The notes under the pieces are model-generated. The model searched no databases. It saw only the letters and a program-made list of their open reading frames with translations, and was not told where the DNA came from. Shown in pieces: positions 56,806-64,000 of a stretch of 64,000 bases of DNA. Position 1 is the first letter of the stretch. Each line of letters starts with the position of its first letter. The translations under genes and the position numbers were made by a program. The DNA is taken from positions 3,493 through 67,492 of the IMG/VR virus record IMGVR_UViG_3300037069_000806. One strand, 5' to 3'. Origin of the DNA: a virus.

Positions 56806-56893
56806 GGATCCGGTCTGGCCCCCACGTCGCGACGTGGGACCACCCGCACCGCACACGAGCGATTCGTGCCGACGCTGGTGGGGGCCAGGCCCG

Positions 56894-56927
56894 GGGGAGA
56901 GGGAGTTACCGGGGGCTCCCTCTCCCC
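56894..56927 (+). terminator. Hairpin upstream of P5
   Basis: GGGGAGAGGGAG / CTCCCTCTCCCC. Confidence 0.55.
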
Positions 56928-56934
56928 TCCACCA

Positions 56935-56997
56935 CTGACAAGTGGTAGCCCGAAGAGACTTGACCACCCTCGCAGGAAGCCTCATACTGAAGACATG
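56935..56997 (+). promoter_or_regulatory. Leaderless promoter P5
   Basis: TTGACC-N17-CATACT-N6-ATG (56995). Confidence 0.88.
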
Positions 56998-57165
56998 ACC
57001 AAGACCTTCGCCCCCGGCGACCGCGTCCAGTACCGCCTCCCGATGAACCACACCTGGACGACCGGCCTCGTCCTCGACGTCCACCAGGGCGCGGGAACCG
57101 CCGCTGCCTACCTCGTGGACTACGCACCCACCGGTCTCTGGACCTCGACTGTGAAGGCAGCCTGA
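56995..57165 (+). CDS. Small SH3/KOW-like early protein
   Basis: FAPGDRVQY...GLV; leaderless start. Confidence 0.65.
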   Translation: MTKTFAPGDRVQYRLPMNHTWTTGLVLDVHQGAGTAAAYLVDYAPTGLWTSTVKAA

Positions 57166-57166
57166 C

Positions 57167-58165
57167 GTGAGCACCTCGACCCTGGACGACGTCTTCGGCG
57201 ACCTGGACTTTGACGACCTGGAGGAAGAGGTCGCGCAGGTCTCGTCCGAGAACGTGTGGGACCGGCACGACCGCCTGAAGAGTGAGATGGAGGCGGCCCA
57301 GGCCGCAGCCGAAGCGGCCCGCGACTCGTGGTTCGAGCGGAAGATCCGCGTGTCCCCGTCGTACTTCAACCGGAGCACCTGGGCGCTTCTAGCGCGCAAT
57401 CTCGACAACCTGGAAGACCGGGACATGGATCGCGCGACGCGCTACTTCAACGGAGACGTTGAGGGCATGTCCGGCCGCCAGGTCGCCGAGCACATCCTGT
57501 CGATGGTGCGCCGCGACCGGGAGGTGCTGCTCGCTGAGACCGAGTCGCAGCAGGTCTACGCCGCCGCCAAGGACGAGGCCGAGAAGGCCGGGTTCCCGGT
57601 CGGCTCCGTGGTCGCATTCAAGACGACCAAGGGTCAGAGCAACCACATGCACGCGGAGGGTGTCGTCCGCGAGGTGACCACCGCCAACTACATCGTGACC
57701 ATCGACAAGCAACGCAGCGACTACGACATGCGCGAGCAGGACACAGCGCGGATCAAGATCGCACGGGCCACCAAGTCCGCGTGGTCCGGCGGCCGAGAGA
57801 TGGTGCTGGTGTGGGGACCGTCCAGCGCCAGCGCGTACCAGGCCCGGATGGCCGAGGAGGCCCGCAAGGCGCGCGAGGAGCAGCGTCGCAACGCGGCTGC
57901 GCAGAACGCGTGGCGCGCGGCGCAGGCCAAGTGGAGCGAGGTCCAAACCTCGTGGGCAGACTACGAGCAGGCCCAGCGCGCTGTCGTGGGCAACGCCGCT
58001 GCGGCAGCCCTTCAGGTGCTGATCCAGCGCCACCAGGACGAGATGGCCCGGCTGGTGGCCGAGAAGACCAACACCCTGACCGCTAACCTGCGGGTGCCGA
58101 ACGTCGCCAAGTACGAGCGCCCGTCCAACCGCTGGCAGGACTACCTGGAGGGTGAGCAGGCATGA
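57167..58165 (+). CDS. Hypothetical early protein (acidic N-terminus, coiled coils)
   Basis: Long ORF with strong GC3 bias. Confidence 0.75.
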   Translation: MSTSTLDDVFGDLDFDDLEEEVAQVSSENVWDRHDRLKSEMEAAQAAAEAARDSWFERKIRVSPSYFNRSTWALLARNLDNLEDRDMDRATRYFNGDVEGMSGRQVAEHILSMVRRDREVLLAETESQQVYAAAKDEAEKAGFPVGSVVAFKTTKGQSNHMHAEGVVREVTTANYIVTIDKQRSDYDMREQDTARIKIARATKSAWSGGREMVLVWGPSSASAYQARMAEEARKAREEQRRNAAAQNAWRAAQAKWSEVQTSWADYEQAQRAVVGNAAAAALQVLIQRHQDEMARLVAEKTNTLTANLRVPNVAKYERPSNRWQDYLEGEQA

Positions 58166-58641
58166 GTGACCACCAGCGCCAGCGCGCGTACCGGGCCGAG
58201 TGGAAGGTGCGACACCTCGGTGTCCACCTCCCCAGCGCCGACCACGTCAAGGCCCTGATCAAGATCGCCGAGCGGCTGCCTTGGATCCCCGAGGGCCGCA
58301 AGGGCTGCATGGTCGAGGTGTCGATGGTCACCACGCGCGCGTACTACGGCGGGGGAGTGATGCACATCCCGGCCAAGAGCATCGGTCCGTCGGGTGACTG
58401 GGCGTGGACTGACATCGTGGTTCTGCACGAGTACGCGCACCACCTGGCAACTACTGACCACGGTCATGATGACGTCTTCACCAGCACCCTGCTGCGCCTG
58501 CTGCGCGGCGTGGGCAGGGACGAGGTGGCAGATGCCCTGGAAGCGGCCTACAAGGCCACCGGAGCGGCTGTCAGGGACTGCCAAGAGGTTACCCCCAACC
58601 CCTTGTCAACGGCTTCCGTAGGCCCCACAATGGACTCATGA
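58162..58641 (+). CDS. HExxH metallohydrolase (SprT-like)
   Basis: QR.RAYRAE...VVLHEYAHHL....HGH..F. Confidence 0.75.
   Translation: MSDHQRQRAYRAEWKVRHLGVHLPSADHVKALIKIAERLPWIPEGRKGCMVEVSMVTTRAYYGGGVMHIPAKSIGPSGDWAWTDIVVLHEYAHHLATTDHGHDDVFTSTLLRLLRGVGRDEVADALEAAYKATGAAVRDCQEVTPNPLSTASVGPTMDS
58578..58640 (+). promoter_or_regulatory. Leaderless promoter P6
   Basis: TTGTCA-N17-CACAAT-N6-ATG (58638). Confidence 0.8.
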
Positions 58642-60301
58642 CCACCACTGACTTCGGCCCCGTGTACGTCGGCACCGAAACACTGAGCCCCGCATCCGAA
58701 CGGTACGGCGAGAACAGCACCACCGGACAGGAGTGATGACCACCACAGAGCGCACCGTGCCCTGGTGGGTCCGTCACCACCACGAGTTCAGCCAGCAGAC
58801 CACCACCAAGGAGAGCGCCGTGCCCACCACTGTCACCCGCGACCAGGCCGAGGCCGCCCTCCAGGCGGTCAAGGACTACTTCGCCAAGTGGACCGCCGAC
58901 CTGATCCTGGACGGTGAGAACTTCGGCCCGACCATCGACACCCAGCCGGTGCTCCTCCAGGGGCTGGACGGCGTCTACCAGATCATCTGGGAGGACGGCC
59001 CTGACGACTGGGCCATGACGCGCATCCACGGGGAGGACACCGAGGAGGACCGCGCACTGCGGGCCGAGGCTGGTCTCCCGAACTACCGCACCACCCCACG
59101 CAAGGCGCTCGTGCTGCCCAAGGGCGTCCACGCCGAGCCCTACATGTCCTTCGTCCTCTCGCTCTACACGGAAGGCTGACCATGAGCAAGCAGGTAACCA
59201 TCTTCCTGCCCGACGGCTACGAGGACGCGGACTACGCGGTGCTCGTGGACGCCAACCGGCACGTGGGCCCTAAGGCCGAGTGGGCCGCCCACGTGATCCG
59301 GCTGAACGTCGAGCCGGATGCCAACAGCGAGGTCGAGGAGATCGGCATCGCGGGCGCGCTCAATGCGCTCATGCTGGACGCGGCCAAGGTCATCAGGAAG
59401 GACGCGTCATGACGGACAAGGACATCACCCTGACCGCGAGCGACGCGGACACCATCTCCATGCTGCTGGGGCACGCTGTCGACTACTTCAACCAGCAGGC
59501 CGTGAACATGGAGGACGAAGACGCGGCCGTCGCCGAGTCCTACCGCGACCTGGCCGAGATGGCCCAGCACTACCAGGACAAGATGATGAGGAGCCGGTAG
59601 CCATGACCACCCTGCTGCGTTGGCTGACGGGCAAGGAAAAGGAAGCACCGCCTGCCCAGTCGCAGATCGGCACCACGCCGATGACGTCGTACTGGGTCGA
59701 AGGCGCGGTGCCCCACGGCCTGGAGGCGTCGGGCTACGTCGAGGCCGATGGCTGGGAGATCCCGGCCTGGCAGATCAACATCTACCGCGCGCTGCGCGGC
59801 CTGGGTTGGGACCACGACATGGCGTACGCCGGTCTCCAGTTCGCTTCACCGCTGGCCGACGAGGGCATCACGGACGAGAACACGTTGCTGCGCCGCGCGC
59901 TGAGGGTGGGTGACTGACATGGGGTGCCTGCACTGCCGTCAGGAGGTCACGAAGAGCGGCCCCTCTGGCTGGTGGATCCACGTCAAGGGTGGAGGCACGT
60001 GGTGTACGTATCCGGGCTTCTACGGCAACCGCGCCGAGCCCACAAAAGAGGTGACGGTCTGATGGCCACCCGTCCTCTGTCGTCCGATGAGCACTACCGG
60101 CGAGCCGAGTCGATCCTGACGGGGGTCGAGAACGGCGAGTACACGAACCACACGCACATGCTGCGGCTCGCCCAGATCCACGCCACGCTCTCGCTGCGGT
60201 CGAACCCGCTGCGTCCGAACCCGCTGATCACGAGCACCGGGGAGGACTGGGAGCAGAAGGACTGGGAGAAGCGACAGAAGGCGCATCCCCCAACCGGCTG
60301 A
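58638..60301 (+). CDS. Block of small early ORFs (58638-58736, 58736-59179, 59182-59412, 59409-59600, 59603-59917, 59919-60062, 60062-60301)
   Basis: Tight start/stop coupling and coding-like GC3. Confidence 0.6.
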
Positions 60302-60360
60302 CAAGAAACACCCCGAAACCCCTGGACAACCGGTTCCCCCAGCCCCATACTTGAGGCATG
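60298..60360 (+). promoter_or_regulatory. Leaderless promoter P7
   Basis: TGGACA-N17-CATACT-N6-ATG (60358). Confidence 0.85.
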
Positions 60361-61206
60361 ACCTCCTCTACCACCACCGCTGCCCCTGCTGACGACGTCT
60401 TCGGCGACCTGGCCGCCATCGAGGCCGAACTTCAGATGGTCGAGGACGCCGCGCAGGCCGAGCGCGAGGACGCCTCCAAGTACACGGGCCGCGTGGGCGG
60501 GTCGGCCACCAGCAACCAGTACGGCACCTTCCAGGTCCACTACGTCACGGGCCGCCAGTTGTCCTTCCTCTCCCGCCTGGTGGCCGAGCGCGACACCGTA
60601 GGCCTGGGCATCCCCGCCGACCTGGCCAAGGTCAGCAAGGACTCCGCCTCGCGCTTCATCGACGCGCTGCTCAAGCGTCCGGTGCGCGCGGGCGTCGAGG
60701 TCGTCGCCCCCAAGGCCAGCGACGCGCAGGTCAACTTCATCAAGTCGCTCATCGAGCAGCGCGACCTCAGCGTCCTCCCGACCGGTGGCGCTGACCGCAC
60801 CCTCATCGCCAACATGGAGGCGGGCACCCTGACCAAGGCTGGCGCGTCCGACCTGATCGCGACGCTCAAGTCCTGCCCCCGCCCGGCGCTCACCACCACC
60901 CAGGCCCTGGCCGAGCGCAAGGACGGGATGTACCTGAAGGACGGCGTGGTCTTCAAGGTCCAGTACAACCTGGCCAAGACCGGCTGCTACGCCAAGCGCC
61001 TCGTGCAGGACGGTCACGGCGAGGCCCACTTCGACTACGCGGGATCGCTGGCGGCCAACGGCCTGAAGCCCGAGCACAAGATGACCCTGGAGCAGGCCAA
61101 GGAGTACGGCTCGCTCTACGGCACCTGCTGCAACTGCGGCCGGACGCTGACCGACGAGCAGTCCATCGCAGCGGGAATCGGCCCGATCTGCGCCTCCAAG
61201 TTCTGA
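60358..61206 (+). CDS. Early protein with a C-terminal DUF6011-like zinc finger
   Basis: CCNCGRTLTDEQSIAAGIGPIC; two AS..Q..FI/AS..ID.L helical repeats. Confidence 0.82.
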   Translation: MTSSTTTAAPADDVFGDLAAIEAELQMVEDAAQAEREDASKYTGRVGGSATSNQYGTFQVHYVTGRQLSFLSRLVAERDTVGLGIPADLAKVSKDSASRFIDALLKRPVRAGVEVVAPKASDAQVNFIKSLIEQRDLSVLPTGGADRTLIANMEAGTLTKAGASDLIATLKSCPRPALTTTQALAERKDGMYLKDGVVFKVQYNLAKTGCYAKRLVQDGHGEAHFDYAGSLAANGLKPEHKMTLEQAKEYGSLYGTCCNCGRTLTDEQSIAAGIGPICASKF

Positions 61207-61280
61207 TGATCAAGGCCCAGCGCCGGGCGTTCATCAGGGACGCCAAGCACCGAGCCCGTCGCCACCACCCAAGGAGAGAC

Positions 61281-63146
61281 ATGGCACAGACCACCGCCCC
61301 GGTCATCCCGACAACGGAGGACATCTGGGCCTGGGACCCCCAGACCACCGCTGGCGTCGTCGCGGCTCTCGGAGCACGCGCCAAGTTCTTCCACCAGAAC
61401 GTGCGGGCGGCCATCGCCCAGGCCCTACTGGTCGACCTGCTGGTCGAGATGGAGGAGAACGACCGTGGCTGACGAGACGTTCACCTTCACCCTTGAGGCC
61501 AAGGAGGTGAGCCCGCAGTCCTACCGCGCGCTGGCCAAGATGATCGAGTCGCGCGGGCCCGAGCCGATGCGTGAAGCGCTCTGGTTCATCCTCCAGGGGT
61601 TGCGGCACGGTGACGTGGTGCTCACGGCGGCGGGTCAGTGAGCCTGTACATCGCCACTCTCGTGTACCTGGATGGCATACCCAAGATCCGGGTGCGCACC
61701 GAGAACGGCTACCTCGTCGGCTACTTCACCGACGTCAACAAGATCACCTACCACGGCATGCCAGTCGACCTGGCGGACGTGACCATCGAGGAGCGCCTGT
61801 GAGCGAGCACACCCACCGCCCCGGATCCCTGGGGGAGTACCTGCACAGCCAGGACATCCCCGGGGTCCCGTGCAGGTCCGAACTGGACGTTCTGCGTGAG
61901 GCAGCCGACAACGTGGTCAAGGCCCACGCGGTGCTGAAGAGCCCCGAGGCCGAGTTGATGTCCTCGTGGGAAGAGGCCACTGCGATGGTCAACCTCACCC
62001 GGGCACTGGACGAACTGGCGGACGTGCGCGCAGGTGTTCGCACGTGATCACGATCATCGCCAGCACCTACCGCCGTGGCGACTACTACGCGCGCCGCGAG
62101 GCCGGGCTGCGGCCCGGCAACTTCCGTGTGGTCACCCACGGAGCACAACTGCGAGGCATCGGCCAGGACGAGGAAGTGCGCGTGGTCGACCCCGCCAACC
62201 TGTCACCGGCCATGCACGAAGAGATCCACCGGCTGGTATGGCTGGTGAGCAAGGTGGTGTACGCGTGACCTGTCCCGCGTGCGGACAACGTGTGTACACG
62301 GTGACTAACGGCGCGCAGACGTTCGCGGTCACTACCCTGGGGGGCCGGGTTGAGTGCCCCAACGGCTGGATCTTCGGAGGTAAGAGATGACCACCGTGAC
62401 CGTAGACCTGGAAGACCTGCGAACCGTGCTGCTGGCGCTCCAGCCCATGGTGACCGTGGGCAACCAGCGACTGGTCGGTGCGGCTGACCGCCTCGGTGAC
62501 GAGTTGTGCAAGGTCTCGCTGGCCACGCAACTGGCCAAGGAGAAGCGCGAGCGCCTGTTCAAGGAGATGGAGACCTGGCTGGAGAAGTACCCCACCCTGA
62601 CCAACGGTGATTACTTCACCAGCGACTACCTGTTCGCGTGGGCCGAGCACGCAGCCGTGGTGAAGGGTGACCCGGATGGATCCGAGGCCATCCTGATGTG
62701 GGCCCGCAAGGTCAGGGACAACGAGCAGCAGGCGGCGACGGCATGACCATCGCTGAGTTGATCCAGCGCCTGGGCGTCTACCAGGACAAGAACATGGAGG
62801 TGCTGATCGACATGGAGTACACCTACCACCCGGTGTTCTCTGTGGAGCGGCGGCACATCGGGCTGACTGGTAGCGAAGCCGTGGTGCTCTCATGACCGTC
62901 GCTGCCCATTGTCGATGTGGTGGGCTGGGGTGTGTCCACTGCGTGGCCGCCGAGCGTCAGGCCAACGACATGGACAAGAAGATCGTCGTCCACCCCAAGG
63001 TGGCCGAGATGTGGATCGACACGTACGGCGAGCCGCTGCCCCCTGACGTGCTGGTCGCTGAGGTCCCCGGCTACCAGCCCCGTCAGGAGATCTTCTGGCC
63101 GGACGATCTGATCCCTGGCACGTACACCCTGCGACGTCCGGAGTAG
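61281..63146 (+). CDS. Block of small coupled early ORFs (61281-61472, 61465-61641, 61638-61802, 61799-62047, 62044-62268, 62265-62390, 62387-62746, 62743-62895, 62892-63146)
   Basis: Consecutive GTGA/ATGA overlaps with SD sequences. Confidence 0.6.
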
Positions 63147-63155
63147 GCTCCCACT

Positions 63156-63208
63156 GAGCGCGTCCCTGGCTGCAACCCCCGTCGGCCAGTGGGCGCGCTC
63201 TTGTGTGT
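63156..63208 (+). terminator. Intrinsic terminator closing the early region
   Basis: GAGCGCGTCCCTGGC / GCCAGTGGGCGCGCTC followed by TTGTGTGT. Confidence 0.65.
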
Positions 63209-64000
63209 GCTGGCTCACTGCCCTCTGAGGTTTCGGGGGCACAAGCGACCGGGCAATCCGTCTCTCATGAACGACCACCACATCACCCTGGAGGAGAGCA
63301 TCCGCTCCGTGCGTGATGCCTGGCACACCATGATCACCCTGGCCGTCAGCATCCTGCCTCCCTGGTAAGCCCCTTACGGGAATCGGGGGGCTGGGACAAC
63401 CGCCCCTCTACCTCCTCACCATGAGAGAGAGAGAGACAGACACCACCACCACCTGCATGCCCATGGCTCGCTGGTCACTGTGCAGCCATCGGCTGCGTAC
63501 GCACGTACCAACTACCACCCCCCGTACACCCCTCCATTTCCTGGCCATAGAACCAGACACGCGACTTGACATCTGGGTCAGTGGCCTACTCACGGGTCGA
63601 CAGGGGGGAGGGCCAGGCCATCGGCACGTCTATGTGTGGACCCTGCGCGATGGCCAAGAGTCGTTGCTGCGCAAGGGGTTTGGGCAGCGAGACCCCCCAC
63701 CCTTAAGTCGCGCACCAGCGGACGAGGCGGCCAGGAGCGCCGCGTAGGTTGGGGATCCGATCTCCATACAGTGGCCGGGGGGAGCGGCGGCATGGGGGCG
63801 TAAACCTCGAAAATGGGGGTGGGGAAACCCCGTAAATAGGGGGCTAGGGCGCACCGGGGGCTTCGCCGGAGTCGACTGCTGGGTAGTCTACGCAGGAGTA
63901 GACAAACAAGTACCGGTACCCCGGGGCCGTGGGGCCTGAGGCGAAAGCACACAGTGGCCTGGCCAGCGTACGCAATGTGCAAGACGCGCAAGACGCGCAG

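Noticed and set aside
55708-57426. Long minus-strand ORFs (for example 572 aa here, 448 aa at 29058-30404, 393 aa at 22562-23743)
   Set aside because: Antisense shadows of GC3-biased plus-strand genes; no motifs, SDs or promoters.
63566-63592. TTGACA as an eighth early promoter
   Set aside because: No -10 hexamer at 17-nt spacing and no ATG at the conserved distance.
63930-63962. CTGAGGCGAAAGC as a hammerhead ribozyme core
   Set aside because: Lacks the CUGANGA core and the required three-stem arrangement.

Overview
The window is part of a large, high-GC actinobacteriophage genome with a contractile (myovirus-type) tail. Essentially all real genes are on the + strand. In order: (1) tail and baseplate module, 1-18.8 kb (sheath, tube, chaperone with a probable +1 frameshift, tape measure with NlpC/P60 and SLT domains, baseplate, collagen-bearing spike, carbohydrate-binding tail proteins, holin-like genes). 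(2) Replication, recombination and nucleotide metabolism, 18.9-41 kb (HTH initiator with internal iterons, DnaC-like loader, DnaB, primase, SNF2, SSB, PolA, class II RNR, RecA, two resolvase-like nucleases, WhiB, Cas4-like exonuclease, ThyX, dNMP kinase, SpoVS and a phage-encoded Pup ending in GGE). (3) Small and orphan proteins plus lysis enzymes, 41-51.7 kb, ending in a degenerate TGT/DpdA-like gene. (4) An approximately 11 kb early/host-takeover-like region, 52-63.2 kb, driven by seven equally spaced leaderless promoters. No capsid, portal, terminase large subunit, integrase, tRNA or CRISPR array was recognised. The main discoveries are the phage Pup together with a host PafBC-type (RecA-NDp) promoter, repeated RBS-occluding hairpins that overlap their own -10 elements, a genome-wide AACCGGTT operator, the leaderless promoter array with a fixed CAAG-N16-CTTG dyad, and a family of cargo-like proteins sharing QxxLF and LxxxQF short motifs. 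All functional calls come from motif recognition by eye; no database searches were run.
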